Source: Rhizaria sp. SCN 62-66 (lineage: Eukaryota). From it: 39,338 bases of DNA. A program made the translations under genes and the position numbers. Positions 22,772 to 35,803 of this stretch are shown here, one piece after another. Each line of letters starts with the position of its first letter. Position 1 is the stretch's first letter. The notes beneath the pieces were generated by a model. It saw only the letters and a list, made by a program, of their open reading frames with translations, had not been told where the DNA came from and searched no databases. The DNA is taken from positions 62,001 to 101,338 of the forward strand of contig MEDY01000060.1 of assembly GCA_001724265.1 (NCBI GenBank), given 5' to 3'.

Positions 22772-25700
22772 ATGTCGTCATCATCTGCTGACGCCATTAG
22801 CGTCGAGGTCCGTTCTACCGCCTTAGGACCCGTTCCCGTCATTCGTAGATCTCTCTCAGAATCCTGAACATTCCTCCGAACCGTTTGTTGCTTTTGTGGT
22901 CATTTCTCATTCCTCTCACACATCGCACCGATACTGCGTCTCACACTCATACAGGCCCTGGAGACTGTGCATTTCCGCTTCGTCTCCACGGACGATGACA
23001 AGCTCGCCCCCGCTGTGGCCCGCGTCCTCCCCCGCATCCTCCGCCTCCTCGCTCCCGCCGCGCCCGCCGCGCCCGCCGCCGCCACTGCTGACGGCGCCGC
23101 ACAGCCCATATCCGCGCCGCCGCTGGCACCCGTGTCGCAGATCTGCGCGCACCTGCTCAAGCGCATCAAGGCCATCCCCGCTTTCCCCTTGCCGATCCCA
23201 GCCTTGCTCGAGGTCGCCCGTGACGCGCGCGCCGGCATCTTGCTCCCCACGGCGTCTCTGCTGGCGCTCTCGTTCCTCGACTGCGCCGTGCCGTCGCTGC
23301 CGCGCGCCGACGCCGCCGTGGCCGCACTCGCACTGCTGCCCGGCGTTGCCGCACTGCCCGCCGCGCAGCAAGGCCTCGTGCTCTCTCTGTTCCTCCGCGC
23401 CTTGCCGGGCTTCCGCTCAGGGGTCTACGCCGACCTCGACGCCACCGTCGCCGCCAACAAGGCTGCCGCTGCGACTGCAAGTGGTGCTGTGGAGACTGCT
23501 GCTGCTGTTGCTGCGGTCGGTGTGCCTGAGAGCGCGCCGCTCGTCGCGCGGCTGCCGGCGGGGCTGCTTGAGGGCGCGCGCGCGGCGTTCATCGCCAGTG
23601 AGGACGACAAAGCGCTTGTTCTATCGGCGATCAAGGAGCTGTTCCTCTTCGCGCCTGACGCGTACAACGCCGCCGTCGCTGCCGCCACCAGTGCTGCCTC
23701 GGCGGCTGTTGCTGGTGTGGGCGCTGCTGGCGCCGCGGTCCCCCAGTCGCCTCTGTCCCCCGTCTCTCCCACCGGCGCCGCCGCCGGCGCCGCAGCTAAC
23801 TCTGTGACGCTGCCCGGCTTCAGCCCCGCGTCACTGGCGCGCTTTACGCGCAGCGGCCGCTGGGTGCCCGCGGGAGCTGATCTCGAGGCCCTGCGGACCG
23901 CGGCCGTGTCGTTCCTCGCCGCCTCCGCGGGCCCGGCGCCGACCTACGATCCCGAACTCACAGGGGCCGCCGCCTCTTCTCCCACTTCCGCGAGCCTCGC
24001 AGACTCCATCTCAACGCCATCCATTCCTGCTGTTGCTGCCGACGGCGGTGAGGACTCGCCCTCTGCTGCGTCTGCTACCGCGGCAACAACAGCCGCGACG
24101 GCGACGGCGTTCACTTGTGCCCAGGTGTACCCGGTCCTCGTGGCCGCCGCCGCATGCGCCGAGGACCGTGTGTCGATGCGCGCCGAAGAGTCCGCGCGCC
24201 GGCTGCCCGGTCTCGCGCCCCACGCCGACGCGGCCCTCGTCGCCGGGCTCTTCGCGCTGTACTCCGGCGGCGCCACGTCCCCCGCGCTCTCACTCGCCGC
24301 CGGCTCTGCAGCCCAGGTCGCTCCAGCGCCGCTGGCGGCGAAGCTGCGCGTGATCGAGGCGCTGCGCCAGTCCCGTCTCACCGCGGCGCCTGCGTTCGCG
24401 GCCAGCACACTCAAGGTCGTGTCGGATGCGTTCTTCGCCCCCGCGCCCGCGGCCGCCGTCGTGGGGGGCGGGCTGGAGGGCTCGACCGTCCGCACCAAGG
24501 CCGCCGGCGTCGCGCTCGCGTCGTGGGTGCTGATGCGGCTCGGCCAACCCACCGTGGATGTCACCGCAAAGAATCCTGCTGCAGGGGTTCAGGCGGCCAA
24601 TGCACCGGCGCCGTCGCCGTTGCCGCGGCTGTTGTTTCCGCTGCTCCTGACGCTGCTGGCGCGGATGGCGGCTGAGCAGCGCCGCGACTGGGCGGCCCGC
24701 GACCGGAGCCAGGCGTCCCTGCGCTCGCTGTCGGCCTTCGCGCCGTCCGCGGCCGCGCCCGCCGGCGACCGCGTCGCGGTGTCGACGGCGGCGCGCGACG
24801 TGCAGTGGGCTGCGCTTCGGGGGTCAGTCTACCACTGTCTCGGGGCGCTCGCGGCTGCGGCGCCAGAGACGGTGAACCGCAACCTCGCAGTTTTCGAACT
24901 CTTGCTCGCGCCAGTTGAAGGCGCGCCCGTTGCAGTGTCATCCTCCTCTTCCGCCGCTGCGTCTGCGTCTGTATCGGTGGCTTCCGGTGCGGTGGGGGCC
25001 GCGGGCGCGCTGGCTGCCGACGCGGCCGCCGCGGTGGCCGCGGCCGAGGACGCCACAAGCTCCGGCGCGGGCGCCAGCGCGGGCGCGGGCGGCGCCGGCG
25101 CCGGTGCTGGCGCGGCTCTGCGCCAGGCGTGTCTCGAAGCGTTATCGATGCTGCGGCCAGGGTTCTCCGCGTCCCACGCGCCGCCCGCCGCGCGCCGGCT
25201 GCTGCGGGCGCGGCTCTACGCGCTGCTGGGCGAAGGCCGCCGCCGCCGCCTGCTCGCGTTACAGTGGCTGAACCGGCTCTACCCGTTCTCGGACGCCGAG
25301 GCGCGGGTGGCATGTTGTCTCGCCGCGGCGGACGCGGCGCCAGAGGTGCGGGCTGAGGCGCGCGCGGGGCTCGAGCTCGGCACCGGCGTCGGCCGCGAGG
25401 CGGGTGACTCATCTTCCACCGCCGCCGCCACCGTCACTGCCTCCTCCACGGTACCCAGCTCTGCGTCTGACCAGGACGAGGCGGTGTTTGACGGCGACGG
25501 CGGGGCGAACGCGGCGGCCGAAGCGCTGGCGGCGCCGCAGCAGGCGCCCACGGCGGGCTCGAAACATCCCGCGTTCCCGGTGTTCATGGACGAGCTGCGC
25601 AGGCGGCTTGACTTTTCCGCGCTGCTACCGCTGACGCTCGAGGCTAAGCATAGCGTGGCCGCCGCTGCGGGCTCTGCCGCCGCCGCTGCGGCAGCTGCCG

Positions 25701-28700
25701 CTGCGACGGACCATGCGTTCAGCGGCTACTCAACCAACGCTCCCTCTAGCGGCGCTGCAGCTGCAAGCTTAGGCGCAGGCGCGAGCGCAGGCGCGGGTGA
25801 GGGCGCGGGCGCGGGTGAGGGCGACAACTCTGACCACACGCCCGGTGGGACTGCGGCCGCGACGGTGCTTGCTGCACTGACCGCCGCGGCGGCGGCCGGC
25901 GCCGCTGCGGCCGCGGCTGCCACCGCAGCGGGCGCGTCCGCCACCGACGCCGAGGCCGCCGCCGCCGCCGCCGCGCTGGCGGCGTCTCCCGTGCCCACCG
26001 TGGCCGTGACCAACCTGCCGTCCCAGGCGCTGCGGGCGATGCTTGCGTTCGCGCTTGAGACGCTGCGCGCGTCGGCCGAAGCCGCTGCCGCCGAGAAGGC
26101 CGCTGCCGAGGCCGCCGCCGCCGAGACCGCCGCCGCCGAAGCCGCCGAAGCCGCTGCGGCGGCCGCGAGCGAGGCCGCGGCACTCGAGGCCGCTGGCGGA
26201 GTTAGCCCCTCTGCTGGTGGGCTCAAGGAGACTGCGCTGAGCAAGGCCCTCGTGCTCGTCCAGGTGGCTGACCCCGCCGCTGCGGAGGCCGCGTACCTCA
26301 CCGCCCTGCTCGCCACCCCCTCAGCCGCCGGTGTCCGCCCCGCAGGCGCCTCCACTGGCGTTCCGGCGGGCGTCGCGGCGGCTGCGACACTGCACGCGCT
26401 GGCCGAGACCGGCTTCACCCCGCTTGCGCCGCCGCCGCTGCAGGACGCGGCTGCCGAGGCGCTGCTGCGGCTGCTGCGCGGCGCGCCCGGTCCGTTCGCG
26501 CGGCTTCTGCGTTCGCGCACGCAGTGGTTGCTGCGGCTCGCGCTGTCTGCCTCGGCCGCCGACGCGCGCGTGTGCGCCGCAGTGACTCTGGCCGAGGTCG
26601 CGCCCGGGATGGCCGTCACCGACCTACTGGGGCTCGCCGCGCGCTGCCTGCCCGCAGTCGACCACGCACGGCTCGCGGTGGAGGACAGGCGCGCGCTGCA
26701 TAGGGCCGCCGCGCAGTGCCGCGCGCTGAGCAAGCCCGCGCCCGACGCGCGCGCCCCGGTGTACTGGCCCGCCGTGGTCGACGCAGCCACGGGCAGTGCG
26801 GTCACTGCTGCCGCCGACGAGGATGCCTCGACAACCAGCGCGCTGCTGAGCTTCATGCTGCCCGCCCGCGCATCTGCTCCGAGCACCGCCATTACTGCCG
26901 CTGCCACTGCGCGTGCTGTGGCGATGACGGACTCTGACTCGGCCAGTGCCGCTGCGTCCGCGTCTGCGTCTGCTTCGCTGGGCGCGTGCTCGCTGCAGCC
27001 CTGTGCCGCTCTGGCCGCGTCGCTGTCCGCGGCCGGCGCGGGCACGAGCGCGGGCGCCGAGGCCGCGTTGCTCGTCCCCGCGGCGCCACGGCTCGACACA
27101 GCGCAACTGCAGGGTGCACTTCTCGCGCTGGGTGTCGCCGCGGCGCAGCTGGCTACGCACCCCGCCGTGCGCCAGGCGCTCCACTGGGCTCGGCCGCGCC
27201 GCGCGGGCGCCACGGCAGCCGCCTCAGCAGCCGCCGAGGCTGCGGAGGACCCGGAGCTGCGGCTGACGCCCGCGCTGGCGGCCGCGGCGGCGCTGGTGCC
27301 GCTGGTGACGCGGCTGCTGCTATGGTTTGTCTCCCCCGCGCCGGGCCCCGCGCTGCTGCTGCAGGCGCCTGACGCCGTCGCTGCAGCCGCGTTAGCGCTG
27401 GCGCGCGTTGCCTCCGCGGGCCCCCTCACGCCCGCGCTCACAGCCTCCTCTGCCGCTGCCTCCTCCGCCGCCTCCGCGGCTGCTTCCGCGGACGCCGCGG
27501 GCTTCGCGCCCTCGCTGGCGACGGCGGTGGCTGATTTGTCGACGCTCGTGCGCGGTGTCGCGCCCTCGCGCGCGGACACTGCGGCCGCCGCCGTTGCCAT
27601 CGGCGGCGGCGGCACTGTCAACGCGCGCTTCCTCGCGCAGCAACAGGCGCAGCAGCAGCAGGCGCAGGCGCAGCAGCCCGGCGGCGGCGCATCGCAGACT
27701 CCCGCCGCGGCCGCCACCGCCGCGGCAGCCGCGGCCGCTGCCGCGGCCGCCGCGCCGCCGCCGCGCCAGCCCGGGCGCGTGTCAGAGCGCGCCGCCCTGG
27801 CGCTGGGCGCGTTGTGCATCGGCGACCGCTCGCTGCGCACGCTGGCGGAGCTGCGGCCCGCGCTGGCGGCGCTGGGCGCGGTGCGGCACGAAGAAGTGCA
27901 CTTCTCTGTCGGCCAGGCGTGGGTCATGTTCGTCACCGGCATGACGCTCGAAGGCGAGGCGGATATCGTCGATCTCTGCCCGTTCCCCCCGCTCGCACCC
28001 TTCCTGCCGCCCAGCGCTGACACCGACGCCGACGGAGCCGCCGGAGACAGCGCCAACGCCGGCGTCGGCGTTGAGGGCAGCGTGGCCCCGCGCCGGCTGC
28101 GGCTGGCCAAATCCCTCGTTCCGCCCGAGGCGCCCGCGGCCGCGCTGCCGCTGCTGACCGCGCTGCTCGCCGACGCCGGCGAGTGGCTGCGCCACGGCTC
28201 GCTCTCTCTCCGCGCGGCGACCACGGTCTGGCTGTTGTGCCTTGTGCGCCACCTCGCGCGCATGCCAGAGTTCGTCCCGCTCGCGCCGCGCGCCCAGGTG
28301 TGCTTCATGCGCGCGCTGACCGAGTCGGACTCGTTCGTCCAGGAAGCGGGCTCCAAGGCGCTGTGTCTGCTGCACGACGCCGTGCCGTCGCCCAAGGCCA
28401 AGCAGGAGCTCGTCGACGCGCTCATCCGCACGTTCACCGCGCCCGCGGCGGCGGCTGCGGCGGCGGGCCGCGGCAACGCCGACACGGTGATCGACACCGG
28501 CAAGGGCGGATTCGCGACCTACCGCGAGCTCGTCGCGGCCGCGCACGACATGGGCCAGCCGGGGCTGGTATACCGCTTCATGGATCTCTCAGCGCACCAC
28601 GCGCTGTGGAACAGCAAGATGGGCGCGGCTTTCTCGCTCGGCACGCTCCTCGCGCGCACGCCCGGCGGCGGCGCTGCCTCCGCGGCCAACAAGGCGGGCG

Positions 28701-31700
28701 GCACTGAACGCAATGCGACCGCGCCCGGTGTGGCGCAGCTAGTGCCCAAGATCTTCCGTTACCGCTACGACCCGAACCCAAAGATCGCGGCGTCGATGGC
28801 GTCGCTGTGGTCCGTGCTGCTGCCCGACCCGCGCCGCGCTGTGGCGGACTTTTTCGACCCCATCACGCGTGAGCTGTTGGCCGGCATGCAGCAGCGCTCG
28901 TTCCGCACGCGCCAGGCGTCCTGCGTCGCGCTCGTGGAGGTGCTCACGTCCCCGGGACTGCCGCGCCGCGCAGTGGTGGGCGTTGTGGGGGAGACGTGGC
29001 CGCTGCTGCTGCGCGCGCTCGACGACATCCACGACGACGTGCGCAAGGCTGCGCTGCGTCTCGCGCGCACGCTGTCGTCAGTCACGCTGCGGCTGTGCGA
29101 CCGCTCGCTGTCGGGCGCCGCGGACTCGGCCGCCGCCATCGACGCCGTGCTGCCCACGCTGCTCGACGTGGGGCTGCCGTCGCGCGTCAAGGACGTGCGG
29201 TCTGTGGCGCTTGCCGCGCTGCTGGGCGTCGCCAAGGTCGGCGGCGCGTCGCTGCGTCCGCGCGCGCCCGCGCTGCTGGGGACACTGCTCGAGGGCCTGT
29301 CGTCGCTGGAGCCCGCGGCATTTGCGTACATGCAGTTCCATGCCGCGTCGGTTGATATGACGTCTGAGCAGCTGGAGCGTCTCCGCGTCGCCGTTTCGCG
29401 ATCATCGCCGCTCAACGAGGCCATCGCGTGCTGCCTCGCGCTCATCGACGGGTCCGTGATCCGCGAGACTGTGTTACGCCTGCAAGAGGTGATCCGCGTG
29501 GGCGTCGGCTTCCAGACGCTCGTCGCCGCCGCCAAGGCCATCGTCACGCTCATCTCCACGGCGCTGCGCGCTGATAATGCGGCGACGATGCGGCCCGCGC
29601 TCGCTGACGCCGTGCCCGGTCTCGCCAAGACTCTCTGTGCCGGGCTGGTAGACCCTTCGGCCACCACGCGCAAGGCCTACGCACACGCTCTCGCGCACTG
29701 CTGCCGCGTCGCCAAGCGCAAGCGCGTCGGTAAGATCGTCGCCGTGTTGGCCGCGCTCTTCGGCGCCCCGCTCGCCTCGGCGGGCGGCGACCCCGCGGTC
29801 GCGGCCGCGGCCGACTTTTCGCTCTCTTCCCGCGCGCTAGGCGGCTCCGGCGCCGCGGGCGGCAGCGGCGCGGGCGGCGACGCCGACGCGGGCTCGATGC
29901 CCGTGCCCGAGGCGTCGTCACCCGCTTTCGCGCGCCTCGCCGCGGCGACTGCGCTAGCCGAGCTGCTCAAGGTCGCGCCCGAGGCTGTGCGCGACTTCGC
30001 TGTCGACATCGCGCCGCTGGCCTTCCTCGGCATGCACCTGTCCGCCGCCGCCGTGCCGCCGCCGCCCGCGGCCGCGCTCCAAGGCCTGCCCAGTATGATG
30101 GCCGGCGGTGCGTGGGTCACTGCCGCAGGCACCGGCGTCACGGCCACCGCAGCTGCCGCAGCCACGTCACCCTCAGCGGCGCCTCCTGTTGCTGGCGCCG
30201 GGGAGTCAGACGCGGGCGCGGCGTTGCGCGCGTTGCTGGCGGCGTCGCAGTCTTTCTTGGCGACCGCCCCGGCCGCGGGCGCGGGCTCCACTGCGCTGGA
30301 CGAGGCCGAGCGCCTGATCCGCAACATCGGCTCCACAGTCAGCGGGGACGCCGGCGCCGGCGCGGCCGCTGCTCTCGCCGGCGCCGCCTCGTCCGCCGCC
30401 GGCTCCGGCGCGGCCACGGGGTCGGCGGGTGCGGTGAGCGCCAGCGCGCTGCTGGCGTCCGGCGACTCCGGCGCCGAGGCCGAGGCCGCGGGGCTGTTCC
30501 GCACGGTGTGGCGTGAGACGGCCGCGGGCGACGCCACAGGCGCGCTGCTCTACGCGCTCGACATCTCCGCCGGCGCGGCGCGCGTGCTCGCCGACGCGGG
30601 CGCCGAGTACGCGCTTAAGGCCGCGGCGCTGGGCGCGTTCGAGACGCTCGCACTGCTGGCGCACGCCGCGCTGCCCGCCGCTCTCGACGCCGACAAGCTG
30701 CTACGCCGCCTGTGCGCAGTCATGTCCGAGCGCGCGTGGAACGGCAAGGAGCGCGGTTTCGGCGCCATCGTCGCCGTACTCGCCGCCGTGCGCGCGCATG
30801 CGGCCGCGAACCCGACCGCGGCGCCCACCGTGTCGCAGGCGTGTCTGCAGACCGTGTTCGACACGCTCGCAGGCGAGACCACGCGCGCGCGCGTCGGGTA
30901 CAAGAAGCGCGCTCTCGCGGCGCTGGGACAGGCCGCGGCGCTGTTCCCGGCCGCCGGCTGCGAGGGCGGCGGCGCGCGCAGGTCCGCGCTGGCGGCGGCG
31001 CGGGCGTGCGTGTCGCCCTGGCTGCTGCTGGAGAACGAGGCCGAGGACGCCGCGGCAGCTGCGCTGGGCGGCGCCGAGGCCGCTGCGGCAGCGGGCTCGG
31101 GCGCCGGCGCGGCGACGGTCCGCGGCGGCGCGGGCGCTATCGGCGGCGAGGACGCTACGGGACTCAACGGGATGCGGTTGACTGAGCTCAAGGCTGAGTC
31201 GCTGCTGTGGGAAGTTGTGCTCGTCGCGGTCGGCCACGCAATCCCGCCCTGCTCTCTCGAGAGCCACACCGCGTCTGCCGCGATCACGGTGACTGCGACT
31301 CCGGCGGCGGGCGCGGAGGCGACGTTCGCAGACCACGGGCCGTGGGCGCTGGGCCTGCTGCTGCGCGGTCTGCGCCGCGGGCTGGCGTGGAACGCCCGTC
31401 TGGCCGCGCTTGAGGGGCTGCTGTCATGGACCGCGCGCGCCCCGCTGGCCCTGGCAGTGCTCGCGGGCGCCGCTCTGGCGGCCGCAGCCGAGGAAGGACT
31501 CGGCGACGTCAAGCACAAGCTTGTGCGCATGGCCGCCGTGCGCCTTGTTGCCGCGCTCGCCGCGCGCACGCGCCAGGCTGCGGCCGAGGGCGCGGCGGGC
31601 ACTCTGGCGCTGGGCGCCTCGCTGACCGGACTGGGCGCGCGAGTGCGCTCGGTGGCGGTGGCGGACCCCCGCGGAGAGGTCATGCTGGCGGCCGCTGAGT

Positions 31701-31852
31701 GCGCGCGCGCGGTCGAGGCCGCGGAGCGTGATGTCGAGAAGTCGCGCTCGAAGGGCGCGATTGCGGGTGCCGGTGAGACGCAAGGCGCTGGTGTGCGCAT
31801 GGGCGATGGTGACGGCGACGGCAAGGAGGAGAGTGGCTCGGGCGACATCTAA
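22772..31852 (+). CDS. ECM29: ECM29/ECPAS proteasome adaptor and scaffold (HEAT repeats); exons 22772-22807 and 22955-31852; about 2977 aa
   Basis: N-terminal ALETVHFRFVSTDDDKLAPAVARVLPRILRLL and the characteristic core TYRELVAAAHDMGQPGLVYRFMDLSAHHALWNSKMGAAFSLG...LVPKIFRYRYDPNPKIAASMASLW...WRTRQAS-like FRTRQASCVAL...LLEGLSSLEP...ERLRVAVSRSSPL; ends in TAA. Exon 1 (MSSSSADAISVE) is inferred. Confidence 0.9.
22808..22954 (+). other. Intron of ECM29 (147 nt, phase 0)
   Basis: GTCCGT donor after a 12-codon ATG exon, ACAG acceptor; supplies the ATG that the 8.9-kb ORF lacks at its 5' end. Confidence 0.7.
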
Positions 31853-32200
31853 GCTTTGCCTTAGTGAAACTATCTTCGATAATAGTGAATTATAGTAACC
31901 GGAACAATTGAAAATGCAGTCAAAATACATTTATACGAATATTCTTAACTTGAAAATCGACTTTTATAGTACAACCACACATTGCCTTGCGACTACCGAG
32001 AGCAGGTCGAAAAGAGAGGAGCCGAGAAGCGAGGAAATGCGTGATTAAATTAACATAGTATCCGTCGTCTAAACATGGTTATCGTGGTGTTTAAGGTGTT
32101 TTCAACTTTTTAATTTTATATTTCTTTAATTATTTCTCACTAAACGTATATCTTCCCTGTGAACCCGTCTCTCTTTGCGCCCACAGTCCGCTCAGGTCCG

Positions 32201-35200
32201 ATGCAGAACCGACCGACCGGATTTCTGGGATACACAAAGTCCCCGAGCGGTGAGACGCTGCTGCTGCTATGGAAAGCGCGTATGACAACGATGTCCACCT
32301 CCTCGACGTACTACGGTGATGTGATCTGTGATCGCAAGCGTCAGGACGCTATGGTGTCGGACATGATCTCTCGCACAGTGGCCGAGAAGACTGCCGGTCT
32401 GTTGGCCTACGTCGCTGAGACCGATAAGCGTGCCAAGAAGGACGACGGCAAGAAGGACAAGAAGGATAAGAAAGACAAAAAGGACAAGAAGGACGCCAAG
32501 TCCGACAAGGCCGCAGCAGCAGCTGACAAGAAGGACAAGAAGGACAGTAAGACCTCCAGCAGCGACAAGAAGTCATCATCTTCTTCGTCTTCAAAAGACG
32601 CCACCAAGGACGACAAGGAGACTACTGCGAAGCCCGACGCGCCCGTAGTGAAGACCGCCACGAGCGCCGACCCCGATGCCTCCTCTGCTGCTGGTGTCAC
32701 GGCTGCAACAACTGCAACTGCAACTGCAACTACGAATGTCGCGCCTGTGACTGTGAGCGCCCATGCGCCGCCGGCGTCGTTTTACACCCGCACGCTGTTT
32801 GCATCCGTTCCTTCGTCGACGTTTCTTGAGGAGTTTGACAAAGAGTCTGCCGCCGCCGTCACTGCTGCTGCCAAGGCCGCCGCTGCTGCTGAGGAGGAGG
32901 AGGAGGAGGACGACGACGACGACGACGAGGACGAAGACGATGACGACGATGATGATGACGATGACGACGACGACCTGGCTGGTATGCTTGCCGCCGCAGC
33001 CGCAGCCGGCAAAAAGTCCGACGCCAAGAAGGACAAAAAGGACAAAAAGGACAAGAAAGACAAGAAGTCTCGCCGGAGCAAGAAGAAGAAGTCTAAGTCC
33101 ACCCCACCGCCGAAGCCCGTCTTGCATTACGTGCACAAGGCGCGCAACGACCTCCGCACACTGCTCGCCGCCCGCAAGCGCGTGCAATACCTCACGCGTT
33201 CCGTGTACGCCGCCGCTGCAGAGGGCGACGTCACGAGTACCACTGGTTCCGCCGACAGTGCGGGTGGTCCGCGCGCGATTGTGACCGCGCCGCGCGCGCC
33301 GCTGACTGTGCTCGCGCCCGTCCCTTGGTGTGCGGCGCACCGTCTGGCGCTGCACATGCGCACGGCCCCGGGGGCCGATGGCGCGCTGCGTTGGGTCAGC
33401 GTGCGCCAAGTCCTCGCCGCCGCCGCCGCCGCGCGCCGCGCCGCTGCCGCCAGTGACGACGGGGCAGTACCGGACGTGCGCGTGTCTGCGTGGCGTGAGG
33501 GCGAGGACTCGTATGCGCTACCTGCCGCGCCGTTCTCGCGCAAGGCGGGGACTGGCGGCGTTGTGTCGACGGAGGAAGCGGTGGCGGAGGACGATGCTGA
33601 GATCACGCTTACAACGCAGTTCCAGGCATTGCTGATGTCGCCCCCCGTTGCCGACGCGCTCGCCGCCGTGGCCAGTCTGGAGCTCGAGCCTGAGACCGAG
33701 TCTGAGTCAGATTCAGACTCGGACTCGGACTCTGACAACGAAGACGGCCCAAGTCACGGGCACGGTCTCAGCCAGGGCCAGAGTCAAAAAGACAAGAAGT
33801 CGGAGGCGGAGGCGGAGCTTGCGGCGGAACAACAGCGCAAACTCGCGGCTTTCGCGGCGCAACAGGGCTCGATCAACGTCTTCCGCTGCCGTAGGTGTCG
33901 CCGTGTGCTGTTCACTGAGCGCGATCTCGTTGCACACGAGCCGCTTGACCTCGTGGTAAGTCAGTTGTCACCCACGAACGACGCATATGATCCGCATTGT
34001 TCCTCATTAAATCTGCTCTATCTTGACTATCTATGCCGTTCCGTGTCTACATTATTTTTTCATAACTCATATGTTAACATTCTTTTAAATTCTTGGTTTT
34101 ATATTTTGATCTTCAAATATATCTCTCACATCTCTCAACTTGTGCTATGTTTACGCAGGCGCTTGGCGAGCGTCGCCGCGCGCAGGCCGCAGACCAGGCC
34201 CGCGCTGCCGTGCTGCGCGTGGTCAAATCCGACCACGAGTCTCGCATGCGTGCCCTGTTAGCGCAGTCAAAGACCGCGGCTCGCCAGCTGCAGGCCGTGG
34301 AGCAAGCGATCGTTGACCGTGAAGTGCGTCGCTTACAGGCCGAGGACGCTGCGATCCTGGCACAGGACTCCCGTGGCGGCGGCGGCGGCGGCGGGCACGG
34401 TGTCGGTGTAGATATGATTGAGCCCGAGGACGGGGACGAGTTTTACACCATCGACGGCGACGGCGACGGCGAGAACGCCTGGGACGGGCTCGACAACAAC
34501 GGCGACGGCGACGACGATGAAGAAGATAAGGATGGCGACGATGACGACGATGAGTACGGCGACGCTGCTGACGACAGCGGAACCCTCGAAGAGCGCCGCG
34601 CGCGCCACGAGGCGACGATCGCCCGGCTCGAGCAGGCTGTCGCCCGCGAGCGCACGCGATTCCAGCGCGAACTCCGCCGCGAGCGCGAGCGCTTCGATGC
34701 CGCCTCCGCCGCTGCCGCCGCCGCCGCGGGCACCGAGTCGAACGAGTCCGTCGGCGCCTTCGAGTCGCCGGCGCTGCTGCCCGGTCTGGGCGGCGGGTTG
34801 TCGACCAAGCCGGACCGTTTGCGCACCGTGGGTGCGTCGGCGCCGCTGTTCCGCGGCAAAGGCTCGCACAAGTCTATCGTGCCCGGGCTCGCCGCGCTTC
34901 CGCCGGCGTCGGCGTCGGGAACAGTGGGCCCACGCGAGGGCGTGCGCGCGCGCGGCCGCTGGCAGACCGCGGCGGACGACGACGACCCTGCCGCCGCCGC
35001 CGCCGCCGCCGCTAAGAGCACCGTGGGGCGGCTGGCGTGTACGTCGTACTTCCTCACCTCAGAGCGGCCGCTGCGCGCACTGGCTCCGTTTTCTGACCCC
35101 GCGGGCGGGCCCATCGCGTGCCCCGGCTGCGCGGCGACCGTGGGTTGCTACAGGTGGGGTGGCGAGCAGTGCTCCTGCGGCGCGTGGGTTGTGCCCGGGA

Positions 35201-35550
35201 TGCGCGTGCAGCACGCCGCTGTGCACAAGCTCTCGTTCGACCTCTCCGCTGCAGCTGCAGCCGGTGCGCCAGCTGCCGCTGCCTCAGCATCTGCCTCCAC
35301 GACTGCGTCTGCGTCGACACCGGCGACCACAGAGGGTGCCGAGTCTGCTGCGGCGGCCGCTGCGCCTGCGCCTGCTGTTGCTGCTGCTCGTGAGGCGACG
35401 GCTGCAGCGGCGGCGGTGCCCGTTGCACCGGTGCGTGTCGGCGCGGGCGTCGGTGTCGGTGTGCGGCGGCTGGCTGCAGTCAGGCCGCCGGTGCGCAAGC
35501 CTGTCGTGGCGCCCACGGCAGCGCCTGACGCGGCGAACAAGCCTGAATGA
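32201..35550 (+). CDS. Protein with a split DUSP12/Yvh1-type zinc-binding domain plus Lys/Asp-rich repeats; exons about 32201-33955 and 34159-35550; start uncertain (possible micro-exon ATGC 32037-32040 spliced to 32187)
   Basis: FRCRRCRRVLF...VAHEP in the first exon and ACTSYFL...GPIACPGCAATVGCYRWGGEQCSCGAWVVPGMRVQHAAVHK in the second match the Yvh1/DUSP12 C-terminal zinc domain. A GTAAGT...GCAG intron joins the frames in phase 0; ends in TGA. Confidence 0.75.
33956..34158 (+). other. Intron of the DUSP12-like gene (203 nt, phase 0)
   Basis: GTAAGT donor, AT-rich body, GCAG acceptor; in-frame join. Confidence 0.88.
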
Positions 35551-35803
35551 GTCCGGTGAATGCGCAGTCAGAACGTTATGTGGACCGGGAGGTGCATGGT
35601 TTAAGTGAACGTGTTGATGCAACACGGACACGAAGCGTGTGGCCTCTGAAAGATGGCCATGTTTTATGAACACTAAATAAAGCAACAACAAAACTATTTG
35701 TGGATTGTCTGAAAGGTGTTAAATTGACGTGTATTAAAACTATGTAGATTGAATCTCTCTAAGTAACGTGAACTCATTGTTTCACTTGCGTTGTCATAAC
35801 CTC

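Noticed and set aside
25726-28503. 925-aa antisense ORF, plus many other long shadow ORFs such as 15465-17165, 15833-17449, 20637-21938 and 30550-31848
   Set aside because: They lie opposite or out of frame to well-supported genes. Extreme GC content and codon bias deplete stops in other frames, and the translations show no motifs.
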